Below are positions 10,285 through 20,099 of a DNA stretch of 64,000 nt, in pieces. The notes under the pieces were generated by a model. That model worked only from the letters and a program-made list of their open reading frames with translations, had not been told where the DNA came from and ran no database searches. The stretch's first letter is position 1; each line of letters begins with the position of its first letter. The translations under genes were made by a program, and so were the position numbers. The stretch is from Candidatus Borrarchaeum weybense (GTDB taxonomy: Archaea; Asgardarchaeota; Sifarchaeia; Borrarchaeales; Borrarchaeaceae), in NCBI GenBank assembly GCA_019057385.1, contig JAHQJS010000006.1, positions 224,001-288,000 on the forward strand, read 5' to 3'.

Positions 10285-11742
10285 TTATATCATATGAGAT
10301 AAAAATCTAATTAACCACTCCCAGAAGCGAAACCACCACAATGGTATTGAGATTATTTCTTCCGTTAAAGCATCCTCTGGTTCTTGGTCCTCTGGTTCAT
10401 CATTAGTCCCTCCGTTATTTTCTCCATCACTGCCACCATTATTTTCTCCATCACTGCCACCATTATCATTCCCAATATCGTATTCTATATCATCTCCAAC
10501 CGTTGTACCATTTTTATACAGCCATAAATAATCAAAAGTGCTTCCTGAGGAGTCTTTCGCATCAAGGTAAAGAAAATCATCGGTAACATTCATCAAAACA
10601 AAATGGTATGTTTTGTTTCCATGTGCGGTGTATGCTTGTGGATCAACGTCGTATAAAGGTGCGTCCCATGCACCTGTTGTTACGTAAACTGTTCCGTTAA
10701 TTGAAACTATTTCATTATTTCTTAACAATTTTGTTCGATGATAGTGATGAGTGTGCCCCTGAAATACCATACTAACATTATATTGATCAAACAAGGGAAC
10801 CCAATAGCTTTGCAGGTCAGTTCTGTTTCCATGCTTTCCTGAATAATAGACATTATGATGGAAAAAGACCATTGTCCACATAGACTGAGGAGTGTTTTCC
10901 AACTCAGTTTTTAACCAATCTTTTTGAGTGGTTTGAATTTGTGACGAAGACGCATCGCTATTCAAAACGAGCATTCTAACATTACCCCAATCATAATAAT
11001 ACCACTGTTCATTATTTGGCAAGGCAAATTGTTCATAATATTTTGTGCTATTGTTTTCATGGTTTCCCAGTGCTGGAATAATTGGAATGGTGTGACCGTT
11101 AGTTCCGTTCCAATTGTTATTAACATCATCAAACCAAATATCCCATTCAGCTTGATTGTCCCCATCGGTAACCATATCTCCCAAATGAACTACAAAAGAT
11201 GGACTAAACTGCGCCATAGCCTGCGAAATAAGTGTCATATTTCCCCCTAACGCTCTACTGTCAGCTCCCACTACGAAAGCAAAATTAGTTTCGGAAGTAG
11301 GGGCTGTTTTGAACAGTCTCTCTTCACTCCAGTCGCCAACGTCTCCACCACAACGAAAATAGTATACCGTGTCGGGATCAAGGTTATTTATCGAAGCCAT
11401 GTGAATATGACCACTGGCTCCGTCGTATGTGAAATCAACACCCGTTTTAGAGTAAAAGTAATCACTTAGAGGGTCTATTGAAGAACTATGTGAAACCATA
11501 TCATAGACCACATCATTTTCTGAAGATTCGGAATTTGTTTGCCAAGTTATTGTTACCGAAGAGGCAAAACTATTTTCGGATGTTATACGAATTTTTTGAG
11601 GTGGATCGGATCCTTGTGCTTTAGTTAGTCCAATCGAACCGATGTTTAAACAAAATAAGAACATTAAAAAAATCGAAATGAAAAGATATCTCTTTGATCT
11701 CATAATAATCTCCAATTGAATATAAGAGGTGCAATAAGACAC
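10285..11742 (-). CDS. Secreted purple-acid-phosphatase-like metallophosphoesterase (FN3 + calcineurin-like domain)
   Basis: Signal peptide; GADS, HLGDMV, ALGNHE and FQGHTHHY metal motifs; acidic Gly-rich linker and Trp-rich C-terminus. Confidence 0.85.
   Translation of the reverse strand: MSYCTSYIQLEIIMRSKRYLFISIFLMFLFCLNIGSIGLTKAQGSDPPQKIRITSENSFASSVTITWQTNSESSENDVVYDMVSHSSSIDPLSDYFYSKTGVDFTYDGASGHIHMASINNLDPDTVYYFRCGGDVGDWSEERLFKTAPTSETNFAFVVGADSRALGGNMTLISQAMAQFSPSFVVHLGDMVTDGDNQAEWDIWFDDVNNNWNGTNGHTIPIIPALGNHENNSTKYYEQFALPNNEQWYYYDWGNVRMLVLNSDASSSQIQTTQKDWLKTELENTPQSMWTMVFFHHNVYYSGKHGNRTDLQSYWVPLFDQYNVSMVFQGHTHHYHRTKLLRNNEIVSINGTVYVTTGAWDAPLYDVDPQAYTAHGNKTYHFVLMNVTDDFLYLDAKDSSGSTFDYLWLYKNGTTVGDDIEYDIGNDNGGSDGENNGGSDGENNGGTNDEPEDQEPEDALTEEIISIPLWWFRFWEWLIRFLSHMI
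10415..10466. repeat. 24-bp coding tandem repeat (2 copies, GGSDGENN)
   Basis: ttattttctccatcactgccacca occurs twice in tandem. Confidence 0.9.
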
Positions 11743-11846
11743 ACTACAGCTAATTATTTTTAGGTTTCTTTTGTTGAATTTTTAAATCATCTAGATCTAA
11801 GATTCACATTCCTTTAAAGGACAAACAAAAAAGAAGGTTATTAGAA

Positions 11847-12230
11847 ATGAATGGCATATCGCTTATTCTAGAGTTTAAAGAGAACCTCAATAAAAAGGAA
11901 CTAGTAGGAACAAAATGTAGAGCATGTGGTAGCACAAGTGTATATCCTAATTTTCATTGCCGTAAATGCGGAAATACAAGTTTTGAAAAAGTCAAATTTT
12001 CAGGAAAAGGAACGCTTATCACATATACTATACTTCACGCTGTTCCTTCGGGATTCAAAGAGAATTCACCGCTTGTTATTGGTTTAGTAGAATTAGAGGA
12101 GGGGGGAAGAATCTCCGCACAATTAGATGTTTCTGAGGATGAACTCTCGGTTGGCAAAAAACTAGAAGCAATCTTTCAAGAGAGAGATGGAAGAATTTTA
12201 CTAAGATTTAAACTACTTGGAGGCATCTGA
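11847..12230 (+). CDS. DUF35 family Zn-ribbon/OB-fold protein (thiolase partner)
   Basis: CRACG...CRKCG and GKGTLITYT; overlaps the thiolase start. Confidence 0.88.
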   Translation: MNGISLILEFKENLNKKELVGTKCRACGSTSVYPNFHCRKCGNTSFEKVKFSGKGTLITYTILHAVPSGFKENSPLVIGLVELEEGGRISAQLDVSEDELSVGKKLEAIFQERDGRILLRFKLLGGI

Positions 12231-13398
12231 CGTGAAAGGAGAGTCTATAGTCGTCACCGGGGTTGGACAAACAAAATATGGTAAATTAAATGGACAATCA
12301 CTTTCATCGCTCATGTATGAAGCCGCATCAAATACTTTATTAGATGCATGTGTTACGCGATCACAAATTGATGCATTAGTTATTTCTAACTTAGCTTCCA
12401 ATCGGTTTAATAATCAGCAAAATTTAACGGCACTTTGCACAGACGTAATTGGGCTTTCTGGAATCCCTGCATTTAGATCAGGAGCCTCCAGTGCATCTGG
12501 TGCTGCAGCAATTCAACAAGCAGTAATGATGGTCAAGTCAGGAATATTCGAAAATGTACTTGTTATTGGAGTAGAATTAATGAATCAAGTGCCAACCGAT
12601 GTATCTACATCCATTCTTGCAAATTCAACTCATCCTTGGGAGCAAGAACAGGGTATAACTATTCCTGCCTTAGCAGCAATGCTTACTAGATTGAATATGC
12701 TTCACAATGGTTTGACAAGAGAACAATTGGCTTTAGTCGCTGTAAAGAACCATAAAAATGCTTTACTTAATCCACTCGCTCATTTTCACCACAAAACGAT
12801 ATCCTTTGAAGATGTAATGAACAGTTCAATTATTGCAGATCCTTTAAGATTGTTTGACTTCTCGCCAAGGAGTGATGGAGCAGCAGCAGTAATTATCAGC
12901 TCAGAAAAATGTGTCAAAAAATCTTGTGAACAACCAATTTACATTAAAGGGATTGGTGCTGCTACAGACATCTTTGCATATATGAACCGAGAAAATTTAA
13001 TGAGTTTAGACGCTACTCGCCTTGCAGCAGACCGTGCGTTCAAAATGTCAGAAAAAACACAAAAGCAGATCGATATACTTGAAGTTCATGATGCGTTTAC
13101 ACCATTAGAACTTGTTAACCTAGAAGATATGGGATTCTTTAAACGAGGATCCGCAGGAAAGGCACTTGAAGACGGCGTAACTGAAAGAAATGGTCAATTA
13201 CCAGTAAACGTATCAGGAGGGCTAAAAGCTAAGGGCCACCCTGTTGGAGCTACAGGTATAGGTCAGGTACTTGAACTCACTTTGCAACTGAGAAATGAAG
13301 CAGGTAAGCGTCAGGTAACTGGAGTCGATACAGGACTTGCTCATGCTATTGGCGGCTTCGGAAATAATGTTTTTGTAACAATTTTAAGTAGATCTTAG
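12217..13398 (+). CDS. SCP2-type thiolase family protein (nucleophile Cys apparently replaced by Ser)
   Basis: KNHKNALLNPLAH, SDGAAA, EVHDAF and NVSGGLKAKGHPVGATG; GASSASG in place of ACASG. Confidence 0.88.
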   Translation: MEASDVKGESIVVTGVGQTKYGKLNGQSLSSLMYEAASNTLLDACVTRSQIDALVISNLASNRFNNQQNLTALCTDVIGLSGIPAFRSGASSASGAAAIQQAVMMVKSGIFENVLVIGVELMNQVPTDVSTSILANSTHPWEQEQGITIPALAAMLTRLNMLHNGLTREQLALVAVKNHKNALLNPLAHFHHKTISFEDVMNSSIIADPLRLFDFSPRSDGAAAVIISSEKCVKKSCEQPIYIKGIGAATDIFAYMNRENLMSLDATRLAADRAFKMSEKTQKQIDILEVHDAFTPLELVNLEDMGFFKRGSAGKALEDGVTERNGQLPVNVSGGLKAKGHPVGATGIGQVLELTLQLRNEAGKRQVTGVDTGLAHAIGGFGNNVFVTILSRS

Positions 13399-13420
13399 TT
13401 TCTCATAACTTAGTCAATGA

Positions 13421-14212
13421 CTACTTGCTCTTGTTAGCCAATGAAATGACCATTAAGTCTTCTCCGATGATTACTTCTCCAGTGTAAGATTCTTTGATAC
13501 TTTTAACAATTTGTTCTTCCTTTCCTTCACAGGCGGGGTACATATGTGTAATAACAAGAGTTTTTACTCCCGCCTCTTCAACTTCTATTCCAAGTGGTTT
13601 TGGCTTTGTATGATCTTTTTTCTCATAATTGTAGTCATCCGGAAATGAAACTTCATGGATTAAAAGATCTGCATTTTTGGCGAAAGTCGATAAGCCTTTC
13701 ACAGGGCTGAATGTATCTCCACAAATTACTACTTTATTTTCTTCGGTTTCTACTTTATATGCAAAGCTTGAGACTCCATGTGTCAAGGGAAAACACGATA
13801 TGCTCCAACGATCGTTCTTTACGACTGGTCCTGGTTTAACGTCTGTAACACTGAGAGGGATAACCCCTTCTAAATATGGGTATGCTTTTGAAAAAAACAG
13901 TTCGCACATTTGCTTAGTACCATGCGGTCCGTATACATTTAAGGTGTTTTGTCTGCCCTGCAGCCAATTAGCTTTCACTAAAATTCCAAGATCAGAAGTA
14001 TGGTCAAGATGAAGATGTGTAATTAAGATATTATCAATTTTTGAAAAATCAACGTCTGCTTTCGCAATTTGCCTAAGGATTCCGTTTCCACAATCAAATA
14101 AGAATAAGGTGCCGTCGTCAAGATTGACTAACACTCCAGGTGCATTACGATCTTTTGAAGGGATAGTTACTCCCGTTCCCAACAAAATTACTTTACTAAT
14201 TCTGTGTCCCAT
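13421..14212 (-). CDS. MBL-fold metallo-hydrolase (RNase Z/AtsA-like)
   Basis: LLGTG, FDCG, THLHLDH, GDT, LIHE, DHT and ITHMY. Confidence 0.85.
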   Translation of the reverse strand: MGHRISKVILLGTGVTIPSKDRNAPGVLVNLDDGTLFLFDCGNGILRQIAKADVDFSKIDNILITHLHLDHTSDLGILVKANWLQGRQNTLNVYGPHGTKQMCELFFSKAYPYLEGVIPLSVTDVKPGPVVKNDRWSISCFPLTHGVSSFAYKVETEENKVVICGDTFSPVKGLSTFAKNADLLIHEVSFPDDYNYEKKDHTKPKPLGIEVEEAGVKTLVITHMYPACEGKEEQIVKSIKESYTGEVIIGEDLMVISLANKSK

Positions 14213-14358
14213 CCAAACATCCTCCTTTTCTGCTTATTATAGAACTATAAGAATCATAGATGGTCGTGATCATAAATCTCAAAAATACCTTAGAGTTAGT
14301 TTATACTTGTAACTCTCATTTAAACATCGTGTTTATTATTTTGTGAGATGAGGCTTGA

Positions 14359-15465
14359 TTGAAAGGACTTATTCCAGCTGCAGGATTAGGTAGACGAATG
14401 TTCCCTCTTACATTGACACGCCCAAAAACGCTTCTTTCTATTCTCGGAAAGCCAATACTTCATTACGTCTTGCAGGTTTTTAACAGAATAGGTATCAAAG
14501 AAATAGGTATTATCGTAAATGCTACTCATCGAAAATCAATCGAGTCATATGTTTCCAGTCACTACGAACATATGATAAACTTCATTGAACAAAACAAGGC
14601 CTTAGGTTTAGCTAATGCAATCTTAACTGCAAGGGATTTTATAAACAATGAATCTTGCCTTATAATTAATGGGGATGCAATTTTAGAAGGAAATTGGCAA
14701 GATTTAATAAACTCTCATCACCGTATGAGCGCTAAAACAACTTTAGGTCTTTGTAAGATACCTCGACCAGAGCGGTTTGGAGTAGTGCAATTGAAGGGGA
14801 ATCGTGTAATAAAAGTGATTGAAAAACCAGAAATACCTTTTAGCCCTTTAGCATCCGCAAGTACTTATTTGATAGAGCCTATTGTTCTAAACTTTATAGA
14901 GCGAATCCAAACTGGGAAAAGGGGTGAGTATGATTTCGCCGATGCGATACAGTTACTGATCAGAGAGAATGAATCTGTCATAGGCTACGAATTGGATAAC
15001 TGGATTGATTTAGGTCGCCCATGGGACTATTTAGATGCTAATTTATACTTTCTTCAGAGAGTATCTCAAGATGTAGACGACTCAGTAATGATCGGGACAG
15101 GCACAGAAATTCAAAACTCATTTATCGATAGAGCTTGTGAAATTGCTGAAAATTGTAGAATTCTCCATAGTTCTGTTGATAAGAATGTCACTATTGGTAG
15201 AAGTTCTGTTATAGAACGAAGTGTAGTATTAGCGTCTACAACAATTGGTGAAAATGTTATTATCAAGAACAGTGTAATTGGTGAAAATTGCATTATTGGA
15301 AATTCTGTGAGATTTTTAGATAAAAAAAACGATAATCAAGAGATTCATACAAGTTTTGAGGGGAAATTAGTAAATACACATCGAACTTGTCTTGGATCCA
15401 TTCTTGCAGACAATGTTACTATTAATGAAAACCAAGTGATTCCTCCTGGCTCAATTTTTGGTTAA
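14359..15465 (+). CDS. Sugar-1-phosphate nucleotidyltransferase with hexapeptide-repeat C-terminus
   Basis: IPAAGLGRRMFPLTLTRPK, EKP, RGEY and WIDLGRPWDYL; left-handed beta-helix repeats. Confidence 0.88.
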   Translation: MKGLIPAAGLGRRMFPLTLTRPKTLLSILGKPILHYVLQVFNRIGIKEIGIIVNATHRKSIESYVSSHYEHMINFIEQNKALGLANAILTARDFINNESCLIINGDAILEGNWQDLINSHHRMSAKTTLGLCKIPRPERFGVVQLKGNRVIKVIEKPEIPFSPLASASTYLIEPIVLNFIERIQTGKRGEYDFADAIQLLIRENESVIGYELDNWIDLGRPWDYLDANLYFLQRVSQDVDDSVMIGTGTEIQNSFIDRACEIAENCRILHSSVDKNVTIGRSSVIERSVVLASTTIGENVIIKNSVIGENCIIGNSVRFLDKKNDNQEIHTSFEGKLVNTHRTCLGSILADNVTINENQVIPPGSIFG

Positions 15466-15487
15466 GTTAAAAATCATACCTAGGATT

Positions 15488-16891
15488 CTACTTTATCGAT
15501 TCTTTGAATTTCTTGTAGACATATAGTGCCTTTAGTGCTCTAACGCTTTCAGATAGGGTTAGAAAAACAGGAATCCTATGATCTTCAAATCTATCTCGCC
15601 ACTTGCTGATTATTCTTGGATCTCCGAAAAGCCAGACAACCATAGGTTTTCTATTATTTACCTGCATGTTGATTATCATGTCGATATCTATTTGCTCCAA
15701 CTCTTTCAAAGCCATTAGTATGAACAGAATACAGTCAACTGATTTATCATCAATAACAGATTGTAACACTAGACCATGAACTTCATTTAATCCATGTTTT
15801 GCCACTGATATGGCTGGCCAAATATCTATCGGGTTCGCAGGTGGCATCCATTCCGGAAAAACTTCTGATAATTTACTTACGGTCGTGGGTGAAAGACTTA
15901 CTACATTTAGTCCTTGTTGGGCGCATTGATCTGCCGATAACACACCACCACCGCCGGAAGCTGTGAAAATAGCAACTCTATTTCCATTAGGTAACTCAAG
16001 CCAATCTAATGCTTTAGAAAAACCAATCAAATCTTCCAGAGTTTCAGCCTGAAGAATTCCTATTTGTTTAAACGCTGCTTCTACGACTTCACCCCGTCCT
16101 GCAATTGAAGCCGTATGTGAGAGTGCTGCTTTAGCTCCTGCGTCAGATCTTCCTCCTTTAAGAATAATTATGGGTTTCTTTTTTGTGACATCTTTTGCGA
16201 CTTGGATTAGTCTACGTCCATCTGCAATCCCTTCAAGATAAAGAGCAATAACTTGAGTATCAGGATCTTCCGCATAATATTCTATAAGATCTACTTCGTC
16301 TACATCAGCTTTGTTTCCAAAACAAGCAACTTTTGAAATCCCCAAATTCTGTGATATGAATTCGGGAATGAGGGTACCAGCGAACATACCTGTTTGTGCT
16401 ACTACAGAAACTCCACCCTTCGTGATTTCCGAAACCTCAACAAATGTAGTTATGAGATTATTGTTGGCATTAATTATACCAGTGCAGTTAGGTCCTATAA
16501 TTCGAATTCCTGCAGATTTGGCAATTCTTACGACTTCTTCTTGAAGCGCAATTCCTTCGGGTCCAACTTCAGCAAAACCAGCTGATTCTATAATAACAGC
16601 TTTGACATTTTTCTCGGCGGCATCTTTCATGATGGTAGGTAATGTCCTTGCAGGTGTTAAGACAACGACGAGATCTACTTTATCAGGTATTTCTTTCAAA
16701 CTAGGGTACGCTTTTAGATCAAGAACTTTGTCTGCACCCGGATTGATGGGATAAACTCGTTCAACGAACTTTGAATCCCATCTTTTTAAGTTTCCTACAA
16801 TTATTGAGCCACCTTTGCTAGGATCACGAGACGCACCAACGACTGCAACGCTTTGCGGTTCAAAAAAAGGTTTCAAACTTTCTGTAGTCAT
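15488..16891 (-). CDS. Acyl-CoA synthetase (NDP-forming), alpha subunit
   Basis: FEPQSVAVVGAS, SAGFAE, GPNCTG, GNKADV, SHTASIAG (phospho-His) and NPID. Confidence 0.9.
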   Translation of the reverse strand: MTTESLKPFFEPQSVAVVGASRDPSKGGSIIVGNLKRWDSKFVERVYPINPGADKVLDLKAYPSLKEIPDKVDLVVVLTPARTLPTIMKDAAEKNVKAVIIESAGFAEVGPEGIALQEEVVRIAKSAGIRIIGPNCTGIINANNNLITTFVEVSEITKGGVSVVAQTGMFAGTLIPEFISQNLGISKVACFGNKADVDEVDLIEYYAEDPDTQVIALYLEGIADGRRLIQVAKDVTKKKPIIILKGGRSDAGAKAALSHTASIAGRGEVVEAAFKQIGILQAETLEDLIGFSKALDWLELPNGNRVAIFTASGGGGVLSADQCAQQGLNVVSLSPTTVSKLSEVFPEWMPPANPIDIWPAISVAKHGLNEVHGLVLQSVIDDKSVDCILFILMALKELEQIDIDMIINMQVNNRKPMVVWLFGDPRIISKWRDRFEDHRIPVFLTLSESVRALKALYVYKKFKESIK

Positions 16892-17044
16892 TGAAAATCC
16901 CCGATAATTGTGCCTAGACTTTTTTCATATTTAAATCTCTCTTCTGATTTCAAATCAAGAGTCAAAGTTTAGTTATGAAGAAGCATTCTTTTAGAACATA
17001 CTTTATATGTTCTTCTCCAAAAGCATCTTCAACTTGAAGGCAAC

Positions 17045-17340
17045 TCATGTTTCTTTTATTAGGTTATATTCCTCTTCAGACATCCCGAAAGTCCAGGCAA
17101 TTGCCTCTTTACAAGTTTTGGCTGATAATGGAACTCGTAATATATAGAAATCTCCCGTTGATGGATCTTTCACCTTAACCAATTTTAAAGCTTCTTCGTA
17201 ATCGCCCCATTTTATTAAGAGTAATTCAGAGTCTCCATCCCGATGAACAACAGTTCCCTTCAATTCCATAACAAATCTTTCATAACTAAAGCGCATTAGT
17301 AGAATTCTTCTGATTTCAGCATTTCTACAGCGTATTATAA
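17045..17340 (-). pseudogene. DUF6745-like C-terminal fragment (5'-truncated remnant)
   Basis: KVKDPSTGDFYILRVP...CKEAIAWTFG. The in-frame upstream RCRNAEIRRILL extends past the Met at 17296, with no N-terminal part present. Confidence 0.6.
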
Positions 17341-17659
17341 CATTTTGAAGTTTGTATTCGACTTTAATAATAGCTGTTGCGAATCCATTTGAAAATAAAA
17401 AATAGTATAAAAAACAGTCTAATGTTTAGACATATTTGGTTCCATTTCTTAAAGGAAACGGAGAGGCGGGGAAGTTAGTTCGTTTTATTCCTTTAGGTTA
17501 TTTTCCTGTTTTCTAGATGTTTCCCTCTTTCTGGATGTAGTTAGGTCCGTATTCTCTTTTAGAGGAAGCAAACCAGTATATACTTGCACTAACTCGAAGA
17601 ACTATTGTTTTCAATGCTTATTACTTTCAGATCTTTATCACGTTTTTCTTGATTTCGCC

Positions 17660-17854
17660 TTAAGTACCTTCCATCTCACTTATCATCTCTTCATTTAACT
17701 TAACGGACTCCTTCAATGCTTTAACGCTTTCTTTCAGTAACTTGGCTTCATCCGGATTATTCTTTTTGGCTATAGCGAGCTGTTTTTTCATTTGAGCAAG
17801 TTCTGCATTCATTTGAGCAAGTTCTGCTCTCATTTGATCCATCCCACTCTGCAT
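17660..17854 (-). CDS. Small coiled-coil protein
   Basis: Heptad pattern with QM(R/N)AELA repeated; SD GGGGGTGA upstream. Confidence 0.55.
   Translation of the reverse strand: MQSGMDQMRAELAQMNAELAQMKKQLAIAKKNNPDEAKLLKESVKALKESVKLNEEMISEMEGT
17789..17837. repeat. 21-bp coding tandem repeat (one heptad), about 2.3 copies
   Basis: catttgagcaagttctgc occurs twice, 21 bp apart. Confidence 0.85.
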
Positions 17855-18198
17855 ATCATATTCACCCCCTTATCAGGTTTTATCTAGACTCTACCTGTTG
17901 TATCGAAAACTAGCGTTGAGTAATAGTTTCTTAGATTTAATAGTATTGTTTGATCTACTGAATTAAAAAACATTTGGTTGTATGCAAATATTCACTTTTT
18001 CTTCGTGTATAGTACTATATACTCCCAATCCAATGAAAACCAATTAAATTCTCTATCTTCCTTTTTTAACTTGTGATCTGTAAATTAAAACAGGTGTTGA
18101 GGAACTTTTTTTCAACTTGTTTAGTATTTTTACATGTTCACTCAACTTGATCTTTTTCTAATTGAATTTGGTGTAACTTCTCATCAATTCTTACTCGA

Positions 18199-19935
18199 TT
18201 AAGCAGTTTTGATTTTAGCCACTTCTTCAAGCCCCAATTCTTTGGTATATTGCTCGCGCATTATGTATTTTTGGACTTTCCCCGTCACGGTCATAGGAAA
18301 TAAGTCAACGAACTTGATGTATTTGGGTATTTTGAAGTAAGCGATTTCGCCCTTACAGAACTCACGAATTTCTTCTGCTGTGGCGGACTTCCCTTCCTTT
18401 AATTGTATCCAAGCGGCTACTTCTTCCCCAAATTTCTCACTAGGAACTCCTATAACTTGGACATCTTTGATGGCAGGATGGCGGTACAGAAATTCTTCTA
18501 ATTCGCGTGGATAAATGTTTTCACCCCCACGAATAATCATATCGGTCAATCTACCTGTGATATTGCAGTAGCCTTGCTCATTCATTGCTGCAATGTCACC
18601 TGTGTGAATCCAGCCTATCTCATCTATGGCGTTATTAGTAGCTTCTGGGCTTTTATAATAGCCATGACGCATCACAAGATAACCTCTGGTGCAAAGTTCA
18701 CCTGGAGTTCCCACAGGAACTATCTTGCCTGTTTCTGAGTTAATGATTTTTACTTCAACATGAGGCAAAGGTTTGCCAACTGTTTCTGTCCTTAATTCTA
18801 ATGAATCATAGGGTGTAGTCTGGGTAATGACTGGGGAAGTTTCTGTTTGTCCATACGCTATCGTGATTTCATTGGCGTTCATTAAATTGTTTACTTTCTT
18901 CATAACTTCAACAGGACAAGGCGATCCAGCCATAATTCCTGTTCGTAAAGTAGAGAAATCATATTTGCTGAAGTCTGGATATGAAAGTAAAGCGATCCAC
19001 ATAGTCGGAACACCATGACAAGCTGTCGCCTTCTCTTCTTGGATGCAATCTAAGACTTCTATGGGATTAAATGACTCCCCAGGGATGAGCATTGTTGCGC
19101 CGTGACTGACACATACGAGATTGCCTAGAACCATGCCGAAACAGTGGTAAAAAGGTACAGGGATACAAAGTCTATCCTGATCAGTGAATTTCATTGCTCT
19201 GGCGATAAAATAACCGTTATTGAGAATATTGTGATGCGAAAGTGTAACCCCCTTTGGAAATCCTGTCGTTCCACTCGTATATTGAATATTTATAGGATCA
19301 TCAAACTCTAAACTCTCTTCCCTATTTGCAAGTTCTTCATCAGAAATTTCATCGCCCATTGCCATTAACTCGTCCCATGTAAGCATTCCTGGTAGTTTTT
19401 CCTTTCCGATAAATATCGCAGTTTTTAAGAAGGGAAATTCTTTTGATTTAATGTCGCCAGGAGCATCAGTTTTTGCCTCTGGGCAGACCTCATAGAACAT
19501 TTCCACATATTTTGAAGTTTTAAATTCTCGAATAAGCAATAAGGTTTGTGTTTCAGATTGTTTCAATGCAAATCGAAGTTCACGAGGCCTATAGGCTGGA
19601 TTGATGTTCACGAGGATGGCACCAATCAATGCGGTAGCAAATTGTGTTATTACCCACTGGGAATTGTTTGTGGACCAGATCGCCACACGATCGCCCTTCT
19701 GAACGCCTAATTTCATAAAGCCCTTTGCTGCTTGGCGACAAACCTCGTAAAATTCTTTGTAAGTATATCTTAGGATTTCACCACTGGCGTCTCGTTCATG
19801 TCTGCATACGAGGGCATCATTATTTGGATATTTCCCAGTTATTTCGGCGAGAAATTCTCCAATAGTTTTTCCAATCAATCCAGTATCTGAACATTCAGAA
19901 TAATAACTCATGGTTAACTTCTCTTTTTCTAACAT
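18199..19935 (-). CDS. AMP-forming acyl-CoA synthetase (ACSF2/YngI-like)
   Basis: NIQYTSGTTGFPKG, YHCFG, AYGQTETSP, HTGD, IIRGGENIYP and TVTGKVQK. Confidence 0.92.
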   Translation of the reverse strand: MLEKEKLTMSYYSECSDTGLIGKTIGEFLAEITGKYPNNDALVCRHERDASGEILRYTYKEFYEVCRQAAKGFMKLGVQKGDRVAIWSTNNSQWVITQFATALIGAILVNINPAYRPRELRFALKQSETQTLLLIREFKTSKYVEMFYEVCPEAKTDAPGDIKSKEFPFLKTAIFIGKEKLPGMLTWDELMAMGDEISDEELANREESLEFDDPINIQYTSGTTGFPKGVTLSHHNILNNGYFIARAMKFTDQDRLCIPVPFYHCFGMVLGNLVCVSHGATMLIPGESFNPIEVLDCIQEEKATACHGVPTMWIALLSYPDFSKYDFSTLRTGIMAGSPCPVEVMKKVNNLMNANEITIAYGQTETSPVITQTTPYDSLELRTETVGKPLPHVEVKIINSETGKIVPVGTPGELCTRGYLVMRHGYYKSPEATNNAIDEIGWIHTGDIAAMNEQGYCNITGRLTDMIIRGGENIYPRELEEFLYRHPAIKDVQVIGVPSEKFGEEVAAWIQLKEGKSATAEEIREFCKGEIAYFKIPKYIKFVDLFPMTVTGKVQKYIMREQYTKELGLEEVAKIKTA

Positions 19936-20099
19936 TTCTTACACCCCAAAGTGATATGCGCTAAAATAATCGCTTTTAATAGGTGAAATTTAGTAATTTT
20001 GAACAATTTCTGATATTAGTACTTTATTTTTTTATGAGCAAAGTATATTGCCCACGATTATTCGAAAGAGTTATCTCTAATCTAACTGTACATTAACGA

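Noticed and set aside
17438-17540. ORB-like GTTCCA...GGAAACGGAGAGGCGGGG (possible replication origin)
   Set aside because: Spacing does not fit TCCA-N3-GAAAC, there is no convincing second box, and no orc1/cdc6 is adjacent.
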